A stretch of DNA of 64,000 nt from the NCBI RefSeq assembly GCF_018350175.1, contig NC_058368.1, positions 218,118,001 through 218,182,000 on the forward strand, in the 5' to 3' direction. Below, one piece after another: positions 50,341 to 64,000 of the stretch. Under the pieces are notes generated by a model. That model saw only the letters and a program-made list of their open reading frames with translations. It did not search any database and had not been told where the DNA came from. The position numbers and the translations under genes were made by a program. The stretch comes from Felis catus. Lineage: Eukaryota. Position 1 is the stretch's first letter. Every line of letters begins with the position of its first letter.

Positions 50341-52104
50341 AAGTATGCATTGTCAGCTTTTATCTACCTTCCTTTTCATACTTCTAAGTTATTTACATTT
50401 TCATGTCATACAAATAACTTTCAAGCATTTTTGTGGGAGGATACATAAGGATTGATAACAACGGAATTAAAACTTCAGTGGTTAGGTACTTCTCTACTTT
50501 AATAAACTGTATCAGCTTTAAGCAGATGCTACCATCTGTTTTAAAGCCTCTAGGAAAACTTAAACTAGGTTTAAACTATAAACAGAGGATGACTAATTTC
50601 TCATTAAAGAGAGGGAGAAGTTGATTTTGTAGGTAAAATCATTTAGAACAATTTGCCAATGTTCCTCTAATTAAAATACTGTCAATCAAAATTGGTTATA
50701 GAGATTGCACAATGTGAAAATTTTTACTTCATTTTATGCTCACTCAATTGCAACCTTTTGCCTTTAGATCTGAATGTTCTCAAAATCGTTGCTTTCCATA
50801 CACTTATGTGCTATACAAAAATAGGGAGAAAAAAAGAAAGATAAAGATATGATATCTTTATATCAAATACATTCTAGAAAAGAAATGAAGGAAATACATC
50901 CTGGAAAAGAAATAAAAATGACTCAAGAAAATGTAAGAGTGTCTTGGAGAAATAAATAGAGATCAACCCATGCAGACAATAACAGAAAGACAAAGAAATC
51001 TAGAAGGGACCAAAAAAGTAGAATATCTGATATAGACAATTTCATAGATGTTTCAAAAGTCTATCAAAGAGCTAGGGATAAATTAATGAAAAAATATATA
51101 GGTATATGTATATGACCACATAGAAAATGTACAAAAAAATGAATGTGATATTACTTCAGTTGGCAACAAACAATGTTTAAACTTAGAACAAATAATAAAT
51201 ATCAATATAACCAAGAGCTGTCATTAAGTTATATTGTGAGGACAGGGGAAAATGAAATGTTCTTGCTTGTATTGAAACATGTAGAAGAGAGTAGACTATT
51301 GGTGAGATTCAACAGATAATGTATAAAAGAAAAAATAAGAAACAACTGTGTAAGATAAAGGAGGTAAACAGCAAAAGAGTAAGAGGTAATGATGCTAAAG
51401 GACAACTCCATTCCCTGTAAGTCTAGCATCAGAGCCGTGAATGTCCTCCAATAAGTTTTATATATTTAATTTTAGTGGGAGAGATCCAGCAGTTCCTGTT
51501 TGGAATGACAAATGGTGACTGCTCTTTAGTGACACCTTTTATCACCCTCAAATCTATCTAACTTGGCTTTATTCTTCATGTTTATCTTAATGGCTAAGAC
51601 TATACAAATTCTCTAGAATCTTATCTATATGGTACAGAGAGATTGTGGCCCAACAGGTGAGTTACATTTGAAGCTTTTCCAATAATTTGTCTTTTAATTA
51701 GCTTTTTGGTAATTAGAGGAACACCCTAACATCATTTCCAGAGGGACTGCAAATCATTCTTTACAGCAGATGTCCAGAGAAGAGTAAAGGCAGCTTCAGA
51801 CTAGAAAATTGTAGCCTTCCCTTCTCTATCCTATCTGGTAACTTTATCTGGCATCTTGTACTGAAAGTTAATGAACTTTTCATACCAGAAGTTGAGCTCT
51901 ATATTTTCCTGCAAAAGGTATTATAAATTTATATGCATAAATATACTTATTCATATATAACATGTAAAATAGCTTTGAGTTATTAATATTCTAGAAGTTC
52001 ATCTTTTTTAATATGCCTTATGAGACATTTCTTTTTAAAATTTTTAATGTTTAATAATCAATTACTCCTTGAATTTTACACAGTAGTTTTTCTACAAAAG
52101 CAAG

Positions 52105-52628
52105 GTATTCAACATTACTCATCATCAGGGAAATAAGAACAAAACTACAACGAGATATCACCTCACACCTATCAGAATGGCTAAAATTAACAACACAGAA
52201 GAGAAAAGGTGTTAACAAGGATGTGGAGAAAGGGGAACACTCTTACACTGTAGGTGGGAATGCAAACTGGTGCAGCCACTCTGAAAAATAATGTAGAACT
52301 ACCCTATCACCCAGCAATTGCACTAGGTATTTACCCAAAGGATACAAAAATACTAATTCGAAGGGATACATGTACACTGAAGCTTATAGCAGCATTGTCA
52401 ACAATAGCCAAATTATGGAAAGAGCCCTATGCCCACTGACTGATGGATAAAAAAGTCACACAATGGAATATTACTCAGCCATAAAAATAATGAAATCTTG
52501 CCATCTGCAACAACATGGATGGAGCTACAGAGTATAATACTAAGTGAAATAAGTCAGAGAAAGACAAATACCATATGACTTCACTAATATGTAGAATTTA
52601 AGAAACAAAGCAAATGAACATAGTGGAT

Positions 52629-52660
<32 letters not shown>

Positions 52661-52886
52661 TGCAAACCAAGAAACAGGCTCTCAACTGTAGAGAACTGAT
52701 GATTACTAGAGGAGAGGTGGGCAGGTGACTAAGTTAAATAGGTGTTGGGTATTAAGGAGGACACTTGCTGTGATGAGCACTGGGTGTTGTATGTAAGTAA
52801 TGAATCACTAAATCCTACTTGAAACTAATACTACACTGTATATTAACTAACTGGAATTTAAATAAAAACTTGGAAAGAAAAAAAAT
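52105..52886 (+). mobile_element. 5'-truncated carnivore L1 (ORF2 C-terminus and 3'UTR)
   Basis: cacctcacacctatcagaatggc; ALSTIAKLWKEP peptide; gagcactgggtgttgtatgtaag; possible TSD aaggta(a)ttc. Confidence 0.95.
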
Positions 52887-53067
52887 AAGGTAATTCTTGA
52901 CTGTGGACAACTTAAAAAACTGTAGCCAACAATCAACCATTTATTGCATGTCCATTTCACTATGATGAATTTTAGCCATTGCCTTCCTCAGAGTTAATAT
53001 TATGTTTACACAATTTAAGTTAAGAACCACAGACTATTTTCAACTTGATAAGTATCAGATTTTATTA

Positions 53068-53816
53068 CAGTAAAACACTGGTTTGCGAGCATAATTAGTT
53101 CCGGAAATATGCTTGTAATCCAAAGCATTTGTGTAACAAAGTGAATTTCCCCATAAGAAAAAATGGAAACTCAGATGATTCATCCACAACCCCAAAATAT
53201 TCATATAAAAATGATTACAATGCTGTAATATAATACAAAATAATAAATACAAAACATAAAGAAAAACAAATTAACCTGCACTTATCTTTGAAATCCTTCC
53301 TGGCTGGTGTGAGGGAGACAAGAGAGAGGAAGGTTATTGTGTATGACAACTTTCACTATCACTAACGGAATCTCTGCTGTCTATTGGCTCGATGGAATCT
53401 TTTTGTTTTGTGCAACTTATCAAGAAAACTATCCAATGACCTAGAATGAAGCAAAGTATTCCTAAGCTTCCTCTTGTATGGAAGAGCAAAGGACTGTTCA
53501 TAGATGCTTTGAAGTGATAAAAAAAAAATACACTAGTACCAGTTGTGGGCACCTTCCAACGTTCTGAAAAATCACTTATTTCTAACAAACACTGCGGCCT
53601 GAGACCAAGCATCTGAACATCGGAGATGATCACCCACTATCCCACATCCAGAGAGAGAAAAGAACCATTGGCTCAGTTGTGGTCATGACGTTTGGCATCC
53701 CATTCCACACATACTGCAAGACATCGCTCATTTATCAAGTTAAAATTTACTGGAAATGTTTACTTATCTTGTGGAACATCTGCAGACCAAATTACTCACA
53801 GTCCAAGGTTTTACTG
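53068..53816 (-). mobile_element. Tigger/pogo-type (Tc1-mariner) non-autonomous DNA transposon
   Basis: Imperfect TIRs cagtaaaacactggtttgcgag / ctcacagtccaaggttttactg; TA on the left; minus-strand acidic peptide KDSIEPIDSRDSVSDSES resembles a Tigger transposase C-terminus. Confidence 0.8.
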
Positions 53817-55354
53817 TCCCTGATACAATGGTTGTCCCCTAGATGAAGGCAGAATTTTATCTTAGTCATTAACTTTATGGAAAGACTCGTGGCTCATCCT
53901 ATCTGGAATGCAAAATTTATTTTTTCTTCAAATTTCAGTGTGCCATAGCTATAGCATATTTTTAAGTTACGTACAGATCAGCAAATATAACAAGGGAAAT
54001 GGGAATGGAAAGAACGACCAAATGTTTTATCCACCATTTTTCAACACAATAATGATCTTCTCACAAAAAAAGCCCCGTATTTGTACTTAATAACCTCTTA
54101 GAGTACTGAATTTACTTATGATCTTAGCTGCTGACCACACTAGAATTCAGACCTCAACAAAACAGACACAATTTATATAATTTGTATTGAAAATCATTTT
54201 CCCTTTCATTGTTTTGCTCAAGATAGTGCTTCCTCAGACTTCTGCTCATTGTTTCCTTCCTTTAATTTTTTCATACATCTGAGCAGTGACACTCCCTTCC
54301 TGTTAAGAATGACAGATAGGGATTCATTCCTTGTGATATCCTATGGATGAATCCTTTCTACTTTGGTTGGTAAAAGCAAAGCAACCACTGAGGTAAGTTT
54401 TTTTTAAGAAAAAAAATGGTATTATTAGAATGACATAAAATGATACTGAATGAGAAGATCATGTGTGCAATAGATATTAAATAGTGAATTTTCCCATCTA
54501 GCTATATTTTCCCCTTATTTGACACTCATTCAGTGGGTCTGCTTCTACTTTCCAGTATGTCTGTCTCTGAAAACAGGCTCAGTCAAAAGAAAAGTTGTTA
54601 ATCTAAGCAACCCCTAACAGAGCCTTTTTATAATTCAGTGCTGAAATGAATGGGAATTATGAGATAGTTGCATTATTTTTTAATTTATAATGTTTATAAT
54701 CTTATAGGAAGTATCATTCTGATCAGCAAGAAGGACAGTTATAAACTGTCAAGGGGTATCAGGAATACATATAGGAAAAATATGTAAATATATGATATTA
54801 ACCAGAATAGGTCTGCAAAAGCCATGTCTTAAGTGAATGGAGTTTGGACTCCATAATGGACATCAGGCTACACTATAATATCTAAGAAGAAAGAGAAATA
54901 TCTCAGTGACATAGTCATATATGTTGAGAAGAATGAAAGAAGTTTAGCCCTATTTTTGGTAAGTGTGTAGATAAAAACAGTCTGTGTATTAATCAAGGAC
55001 TTGCTTTTATCTGCTTGATATGTGCACAGCTCCATTTGACTGAATACTGATGAGATAGCATCATGAAAAACTCTCAGCAGAAATATTCTCCAACTAGTAA
55101 TATACCCCAATAAGTGTCAGTATGTTTGAAAATATACATTATTGCTTGCAGTTTTATCACTACATAGATATCTGGCCTGGTTATATATGTGTTACTACTT
55201 TTGGCATTCAGGTTTTCATCCATGGACACATTCTTCAGGTATTTCTTCTTCCCACAAAACTGAGAGCTCAAACATTCTTGAGCTAACTACCATAATATTT
55301 AAAAGAGAATTGTAAGCTTTTATGAAAAAGCATACTATTGGGCTTTTAAACTTC

Positions 55355-55430
55355 TCCAGATTTATTGAGATATAATATAGTGTAAGTTTAAGGTGTACAA
55401 TGAGTTGATTTGATAAACTTAGATGTTATA
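55355..55430 (-). mobile_element. L1MA-type extreme 3' fragment
   Basis: ccagatttattgagatataat..gtgtaagtttaaggtgtacaa. Confidence 0.7.
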
Positions 55431-56619
55431 AACTTCCTTTTAAAAACTGGTTTTAGAGCATTTCTGGATTTTAAAAATTTAGGCAGTATTATATGCACAG
55501 AACATGCATAATTCAGTGAAAGTAACACAGCTGAGCCATGAGATTTTTCTTTTTTGGGCTGAAAAGTAAAATTTTCAGTGGGAAACAGTCATATAAATAT
55601 AAGAAATATTGGAGTAAAAACTGCCAAATAAGAACTACAAACTATATCACCACTAACAGACAAAATATTCTGAAAATTAAGCAATATCTGGAAAAACAAA
55701 TGCAATTGAGTTAGGCTAGCTTGACACGAGTACTGCATATTCCTCATTATTCAACATATAAGAATTTATTAATTCCTAAATAACTGATTAATTGATCCCT
55801 GAATAATCATTTTATTGGTAGAACAATAAAAGAATTAAACTTTAAACTTTCTGAAGTCTTGAATTTTTTTCTTTACAGTCATGTAATTTAAGAAAATTTA
55901 AAATGTGATGTTGAACTTAAGTATCTTGAATTGTAACTGATAACTGACTTCCTAATTGTCATGCAAGATAAGTCAAATCTAGGTCACTACTTATAGATAC
56001 AATAGCATATTTGGTGAATTCCACAATGTCACATAGCATGGGTTAAGAAACTGGTTCACCTGGGGGAAGAAAAAAATCTCAGAGTCAGTCAGGAAGTAAA
56101 AGATTCAGATTCCCAACTTTCCCATTATTTGCATAAAGAGAAGTGTCAGGGTTCAGGTCATCTGTTGGGCAGTAAGTGTATGTACCTGATTTAGTAAATG
56201 AACTCTATTCCATATTGTTATAATTGTACATTCTACTAGTCCAATTGTATAGTCTATTAGTATGAGTGACTTTATCCATGAAATGTTCTACTAGACAACC
56301 TGGTACTAGCTTCATCTGGATTCTGGTACCAGTAATTCACTAGAGATGTCTGGTATCAGCTGTTGCCCAGATCATGGAAGTCTCAGTGACCATGGGATAC
56401 TGAAGTCCCCCTACAAAAATGTGGAAGCCACAGGACATATGGGAAACAGAGGTGATGTGCATGCTCTCTGTTGAGAAGTGAAAGGCAAGCTCCCTTCAAC
56501 TAACATTGTCCAGACAACCCAGATTAAGTGCACAGAGCTATTTTTGGATAACTGCTTTTTGAATCAAGTAACATCACCATTAATGGTGACATACTTAAGA
56601 TCTAATGTTCTGACACAAA

Positions 56620-57150
56620 AGCACTCCAGTTACTAGTATGTGTAACAATCCACCCCAAACTTAGCAGTATAAATCAACATTTCATATTTCTTACGAATTC
56701 TTTGGTCAGGAAATTAGGCAGAGTGATGTGTTTCTGCACTACAACTCATCACCGTCGCACTGTAATCATCAAGTGTCTTCAATCATAGGTCTAAAAGTAT
56801 ATATATGCTGAAATCTGCAACCTCCAGTAAGCTGTCAACCCTAACCACCACACCTACCTATTCCATATGCACTTTGTACATAGCCAGTTTAAGTTTCCTC
56901 ACTCAACTGTGTACAGGTTCAAAGAATAAGCATGACATTTTCATAATATCATCCCAGAATTCAAAAAATCACTTTTGTCATATTCTATTGATCAAAGCAG
57001 ACAGAAGAGTTCACCGAATTCAAGGGAGGGTGAAACCAAGGTGATCCTCCCAATAGAAGAGTGTCAAAGTTCTAGAGCTTTGTATTTATTCAAAGAGCTA
57101 AAGGATCTGGGGATATTGTTTTGGGATCTTTGGGAAATATAATATGCCAC
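56620..57150 (-). mobile_element. MLT1G/H/J-like MaLR LTR
   Basis: gtgtaacaatccaccccaaacttagcagt; atcacttttgtcatattctattgatcaaagca; atctttgggaaatataatatgccac. Confidence 0.75.
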
Positions 57151-59320
57151 TGAGATTTAGAAGCATCTATATCATATAATTATGCTCAACCTATTATAAA
57201 GACATTTGAACCAGCTCCATTTCCCACCTTTGAGTTTATTTTGGTTTTGCCTGGAAAGCATTACTGTCACACAGGTCATAGATATCTAAAAGAGACTATT
57301 CTGCAAAAGCAAAATAACTGAAAATTCTGAAAGTGCTAGGCACAGAATATTCTGTATTTGTCTGTTCACTAACACCGAATTTAACCTAAAACAGATACTA
57401 ACCCCGGGGTTAACAGGGTGATAAAACTTCCTTCCCTTCCTTTTTTTCTGTGTCTTTTTGTGCAAAGTAAAAAAAAAAAATCTGTTCATCAGTCTTTAAC
57501 TTTGGAGTTGTTTTTGAACTTCTGGAAAAACTCGTGAGAAGCTTTATTAAGGAAAAGATTTTGTCATCTGGGATTTCTGTTGTCTTTGTTTTTTTCTTAG
57601 CATTTAATCTTCAGTTTTTGGGTTTCAGAGGAAACAAGGCCATCACAATCTTTCTTATGGGAGTTAATTATGAAAGATTTGTTCTACTTAGTAAGAAGGT
57701 AGCAAATAAATATGTGTCTGATGAATTGTGTTCTAGATTTCCTTTCAGATTGCTTGGCTCAAATCAAGAAGGAGGAAGGCAGACAATGGCTGATTTTATT
57801 TGCCCAGATCATAGAAATTAGTACATCAAGGTAGAGAAGCATAAGAAAGTCTAATAATAAACATAATAGGTAAATATTATTGAATTACTATTCCTGAATT
57901 TATTAACAGATCACATGACACATACTGTAGAAATTTAGAACATATCTAAATACTGTTGTTTATACTTTTAATCAAAATAAGTTGTCAGATTTCAGTTGTT
58001 TCAGTCAACAATATAATTCCACTTGACAGATTCTCGGTATTTAAAATTGAAAAGAATTATGGATTGAGTGGCAAATGATCAAATGCATCAAACCAGTAGT
58101 AGCAAAAAATGATGATTTTAAAAACTGCTATTTTTATTTTGATACAATTTGTATAGTTTGTCCTCCAGATCTTTAAATTTCCTTCAATATAAATGATAAT
58201 ATGCAATCTCTGTAACCCATACATATTTTAAACCGTAAACTCATGCTAATGGATGCAAACTGCCCTCCAGGCTTTGACTTCCCATAGGTATGTCAGAGTC
58301 TACTTTCAAGGAGGACAGCCGGTTGACCTTCCTCATCAACTGGCATGCACCCATTATTGTGTAATTGCAAGTTAATTAAGATACATTTGTGTCTTTACTG
58401 CTCTAATTAAATATATTGGATATCGTTGTATCTCACTGTGGATTATTTTATTTATAAACTATGCTCTACTTCAATCCCAATTCAGCCCACTATTAATTTT
58501 GGTTTGAATCAAAATATATTTTGTACACCCTAATGGTACATATAATTTCATATGAAAAAGGCCCTTCCATTTAGCAAAAAAAAAAAAAAAAAAAAATTCT
58601 CTCACACTTGTGATTCCCACAAAATCTTTCAAGGAATATGTGTAATTCCCATAAGATAAGGGATTTTGGAAATGAGGCATTCATATGTACCAAGATTTGA
58701 CTACTGTTCATCAAAATTAAAAGAAAAAAAATAACTAGTAATAAATAAAATACTGAATAGATGTTATAATTTTGCCTAAATTTACCAAAGAATAACTATT
58801 TCCTGTAAAATTGTATTTGTAATGTGATACATAGGTTACCTACCTTATCAAAGATAAAGCCAAAATATTTGATTACAAAATTTAATCATCAGCAGCAAAA
58901 AAATGTAGTTTAAACTAGCAAGATATTATAATCTTCTGAAGCTCCTCTGTTAAAAGCAATATTCCACAAGGTGTCTGACATCCACATGTCCCAAAGGACT
59001 TCTTAATTTTATAATCCATTGCTGAAATGAATGAGTACACCTACCTAAGGATCAACATTTTTCAGAGATGTGAATTTAAGTGTCCTCATTGACATTCATA
59101 GTTACCCATGGTTACACTGAAGGACACATATGACATTGGCAGTTCTGATCCTTAAGATCATGCCCATTTAGACTTTACAAGCATTGAGATTTTTCCTGTT
59201 TCTAAATTAAATCTTTTATTGTATCATATTCCTAGTCCTATAATATACTGATATATGTTTAGATTACATGACATATCTCACCCCAATAGCTATAAAGTAT
59301 ATCATTATTTCTCTTGCATT

Positions 59321-59539
59321 TTTTTTAATTTTTTAATGTTTGTTTATTTTTGAGAGAGAGAGAGAGAGAGAGAGTATGAGCAGGAGATGGGGCAGAGAGA
59401 AAGGGAGACACAGAATCCAAAGCAGGCTCCAGGCTCCAAGCTGTCAGCACAGAGCCCAATGTGGGGCTTGGACTCACCGACTGAGATCATGACCTGAGCT
59501 GAAGTTAGACGCTCAACCGATTGAGCCACCCAGGCACCT
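59321..59539 (-). mobile_element. CanSINE (felid type)
   Basis: TSD tc(t/c)cttgcattt. Confidence 0.97.
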
Positions 59540-59802
59540 GTCCCTTGCATTTCTAATGGCACCATGTATTACCTTATACTAACTCCCTTTTGCTAACTAC
59601 TCAGGAACTCATCTTTCCTAACATCAAAGAATTCTGTTGCCTCCAGTGATAATTTCTAAGGACATAATGACTGTATTACATTATGTTACCTCTTGGAAAA
59701 CATTTAGGGGGCTTTTATACTCTATTAAAGAAAAAATCTTATTCTCTTCACCAACTCTAGTGCAAAAGAGTTGCACAGAAAAGATATGGCCTTTGTATTT
59801 TC

Positions 59803-60024
59803 TTTTTTAAGACATTTTTAAATTTATTTATTTCCTTTTTTTAGAGAGAGAGAGAGAATGAGTGGGGAAGAGAGGCAGAGGGAGACAGAGACAGAAAACC
59901 TTAAGTAGGTTCCATGTTCAGTGCAGAGCCCAAGGCAGGGCTTGATCCCATGACCCTGGGATTATGACTTGAGCCCAAATCAACAGTTGGATGCTCAATC
60001 AACTGAGCCACCCATGTGTGCCTC
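59803..60024 (-). mobile_element. CanSINE (older)
   Basis: TSD atggccttt(g/t)tattttct. Confidence 0.95.
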
Positions 60025-61719
60025 ATGGCCTTTTTATTTTCTATGCCTCCATTATCCCTTCAGCCAAATCTGCTTCTCAAGAATCTACTCTAACTCATGT
60101 TGTTGAATCACCACTGAAAAAAAGGAAATTCTACAGGGCTAGTGTTTCTCTACCAGGAATTAGTAATTTGATCATGGCAATTCCAGTCTGTTTTGTGAAT
60201 ATTCAACCTCAGAGAGCATTTAGAAACCTGGAGTAAGCACTTTCCATTTTTTGTGTAGAGAGATGCTAGACCACTAAACTGTATTTACCGAGCAGCCAAT
60301 ATGTACCAAACACCATATTAAATGGTATTAGTACAGTAGCACCCTCAAAATAGCCTCTCCCTTTTTAAGCTTGTGTTGAAACCCAATCTTCAAACAGTGA
60401 GAAGAATGTAGTAACCACTAAGAGAGAAGAAACAGTGACAGTTTTGCTAAGCAGGTGAAATTTGTAGCTGGTTCTTTAGCTTCTGGTTACTTTCTAGTTT
60501 CATGTTCCAGTCTCTCATGAAGTCTGGCTTAAGCTGATTCCTTCATTTTTTTGGTGAGATGCCAGGATTCATCTCACAGATGAACCTATTGTCCATTTAC
60601 CCAATACAGAATATGCAAGATATTTCCAGTGTCTCTTACATTGCTGTTTCCCTGCTACTGTACATGAGTATTATTACAGCCAGTGATGGGATATAAGTGG
60701 AAGAGCATTTTGCCTCTGGGACATCTGGATGTCCACTCAATTATGAATATGTTATTTTGCATCCAGATTCAATTTAAGTATCACAATGTGCGACCTAACC
60801 AGCCAGACTCATGCCATGAACTCCAGGCTTAAGAGCAACATTTTCCTCTTAAAATATTGTTTTTTGGAAACCTGCCTCCTCTTTTTAGGGGCAAACATTT
60901 CATGTAACTAGTTCCCCTTAAAAGAATATTATAGACTTACAGTGATGAGACATAGATACATTTAGGATGGGGGAGGAGAAACACAGGGATACAGGACTTT
61001 ATGAAATTAAATACATCATTAGAAGTGAGTAAAGCTTGGTCATCAGAGATCAACAGCCTAACAAAGATATTATTCTATTTTTTTAAATTTTCTTACAATC
61101 AAATGATTCCTGACTACAATGATATCATTAAGTGTTATCAAATTACTTTTAGAATAATATATGTTATCAAAATAAGTTAACACCACATTACTCATCTCCC
61201 TGATACTATATCCCACAGACACCCTCATTTACTACCTATCCCTTTTCACTAATATGAATCCCAACTATGTTGAAATTAGTTCATCTTTCTCATCATTGAT
61301 TTCACCTAGAATACATATTTTGTCTGTTTGTTGACTAGGGCTTTTAATGGGCTAATTTCTCTTCTTTTCGTAGACTATGGGTCTCATATTATCTACCTGA
61401 CATTTCTGACCACACACTCTTCCCCAATTTACATTCATAAATTTTTCCTAAATGTCTCTCTTATGTACAGCCATAGCACCCTTTCCATACGTATACCATA
61501 ACAGTGAAAAAAGGTATATATTCCTCTCCTTTTGCCTATTTATGTCATTTGACTGAGATAGTATAGAAAATGAATTATACTAATTTTTGCATTAACTCTA
61601 TGAAGTACATTAGGCAGACAGGCATTTGCTAATTACCTGTTGAATGGCAGAACATTCTGCCTTAATCACACTGGTCTAGATGAGGTCATTGCATACTTTT
61701 ACCATTAAATTCTATATTA

Positions 61720-61835
61720 CTACCTTTGGATTAACCCTGCCTTGGATTTTAATTTCATCATAGCAACTAACCGTAGGGCTTTGAGCAAAACTTTTACACC
61801 AATGAATCCTAGTTTTACCATCTATAAAAATAAAT
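61720..61835 (+). mobile_element. MIR relic
   Basis: ctttgagcaaa...tgaatcctagttttaccatctataaaa core. Confidence 0.55.
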
Positions 61836-62491
61836 AGCTGGTTTTGATTCTTTCATATTTGAAGTGATCAAGCTACCAAAGACGAATGGGAGAGGAGAGA
61901 GAACAACATAAAGCATATAACGTAAAACTGCAAAGCAACTGAAGCAATATCTTAACTCCTAAGCTGTATGAAAAGTCTTCATTTTATAAAGTGTGTAGTT
62001 ATAATGCAGTGATGTAGAAGATAAAGGATAATGAAGGATGTAGGGGATGATTTAAGGGAATGAACAATGGAATAATATCATCCTTACTTTTATATTCCCC
62101 ATCTCTATTCCACACAATCCTTAATGTCTTATGTAACCTCTTATTATTTATTGCATTCTTCACTTTGCTAACTTCTTCAAAGTGTGGCTAGTACTAGGTC
62201 TTTATATATAATGTTTTATTTTCTCATTTTCCTTTGTTGTACTTGCAGATTCATCTTTAATTTCTTTTGTCTTCCTCTTGTACTTCCTATTTTCCTGTTG
62301 TCAAGAATGAACTTCAGAGCTGGTGAAAAGATCTGTTTGAACACTGCAATTCCTCAAAGAATTCTCTGTGTCTCTATGTATTTGAAAAATTACTACTGCA
62401 TTTGATCAAATTGGAATGATTTATAACTTACTAGCCATACTTATTCTAGAAGTATTTCAAAATAAAACCTACCAAGAATATTTAACATCCA

Positions 62492-62716
62492 GGGGTGCCT
62501 GGGTGGCTCAGCGGGTTAAGTGTCTGACTTAGGCTTAGGTCATGATCTCACTGTTTGTTAGTTCGAGTCCTACATCAGGATCTGTGCTACAGTATGGAGC
62601 CTGCTTAGGATTCTCTCTTTCTCCCTCTCTCTGTCCCTCCCCCACTCACTCGCTCTCTCTCACTCTTTCTCTCTCAAAATAAATAAATTTTTAAAAAGTA
62701 AATTTAATTTAAAAAA
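62492..62716 (+). mobile_element. CanSINE
   Basis: TSD gaatatttaacatc. Confidence 0.97.
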
Positions 62717-64000
62717 TGAATATTTAACATCTTATAGTAGTATAAAATCTGGATACACGAAAGTTGTTACTGCATTTTCTTATTTCCAAGAGTGAGGAGA
62801 CCAATAATCTATAACAAAATAATTTTACTTATTTGCTATTAAACAGTGAATATAGTTTTACATGATTACTTAATATATAAAAGGACAATTAACTTTATAA
62901 ATAATCAGGAAAATACAAATTAAATTCACAACAGGAGTGTGCAGTACTGATCCTGCCTGAAAATATACCAGCACTAAATATACAGTAGCTAAGTTTTCAT
63001 TAAGAATCCATACTGTTTTCCAGTTCTTCACCTCCAAAGAAGACATACTATTAACTTGTATTTCCATGAGGCCTCTCCAGACTGCCCTCATTGTTTTATT
63101 TATACTGTTCACTATTAATTTAATTTAGATGATTAAGTCACATTGCCCTTCCCAGTTTGTAAAATCTTTAGATATTTCGTAGAAGCTAGCTTATTACCTT
63201 ATACTACACAAATATTGGTTGAATCACTAACTACTTTATCCATCTATTTTAGTTAGCATGATCAAAATTTTTAGTTAATTATTCCTCTTTCCTCAAGAGC
63301 TAATCTCTACTCCTGTCTTATGATATCCCCAACTGGTCATGCATTATTTAATTTTCTCCAAAGTTACACAAATAAACCTTTAATAAACCTCTTGGGTTCC
63401 ACTTATCATTCCACTTGTAGCTAAGCAATAGGGGAGATATTTCTATGAAGAAGATCCAAAGGTAATATCATTCTCACCTTACAGCTTTCACCTTCTTTCA
63501 CATTATCACTTTGTTTAATCTCCACAGAAATGAAGATTACTATTGCTAACTTTATTTTGCAAAGAAAAAAAAAGTCTTACTTTTTAAAAGTACCTACTTC
63601 AAAATATACTTATCTTTAGGCATTCCTTTACTCCTATACTATGTGTAAATCTTTCTAATATAGTAACTCACATATTTCTTTGGATACTTTGAGCACTTAC
63701 TTAGTTAAAACTTTTTGTCAAGATAGTAAGTATGAATGATGGTGTCTCTGTTTTCTTTTAAATGATAACTATTTTGGGTAATCTTTATTAATATGAAAGC
63801 GTAACTAGGTTAAAGTCCAATCCAAGTAATTAAAAGACATCACTTCGGAAGTAATTAAAAGATAACTCATGCTAATTCTAACACCAAACCACTAAAGTCT
63901 GTCACCTAATAATAGTGTCTACTTTTATAGCTAGATAAGGTGCTAATTATTTAAAGATTTAACAACACTAGATCATGTCAAATTCCTCAATGTTTACAGA

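Noticed and set aside
3377..62716. Recurrent peptides such as AQVMISRSVSSSPASGSVLTAQSLEP
   Set aside because: Translations of CanSINE copies, not a gene family
951..62716. tRNA-like A/B boxes (tggctcag..., gttcga)
   Set aside because: SINE heads; none forms a complete tRNA cloverleaf
63824..63862. aagtaattaaaaga x2 containing TAATTA homeobox cores
   Set aside because: Short AT-rich duplication with no independent support for regulatory function

Overview
AT-rich, repeat-dense mammalian DNA. The SINE and LINE types indicate a carnivore, most likely a felid: CanSINEs carry the felid-type 'gctgacagctcagagcctggagcctg' segment, and the L1 5'UTR/ORF1 is felid-type. I recognise no host protein-coding exon, rRNA, tRNA gene or CRISPR array, so the window looks intergenic or deep intronic. 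The main feature is a full-length but inactivated LINE-1 (~5945-11870, +). It is accompanied by 31 CanSINE copies or fragments (many with readable target-site duplications), older L1 fragments, MLT1/MLT2/MER21-group LTRs, MER3, a ~750-bp Tigger-type DNA transposon derivative, MIR/L2 relics and microsatellites. Nearly all ORFs in the supplied track are L1 fragments or SINE/microsatellite artefacts. I found no evidence of a new multi-gene biological system. The best leads are: (i) the full-length L1 lacks its 3' TSD, with a patchwork junction in its place; (ii) a 60-bp patchwork insertion resembling templated repair at 18916-18995; (iii) two minus-strand candidate non-coding exons flanking a canonical 1123-nt intron (44305-45669); (iv) an unassigned ~1 kb segment that may be a retroviral relic; (v) the Tigger derivative; (vi) an AAGGG/ACGGG expansion inside a SINE. 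Repeat family names come from recalled consensus sequences, not from a search.
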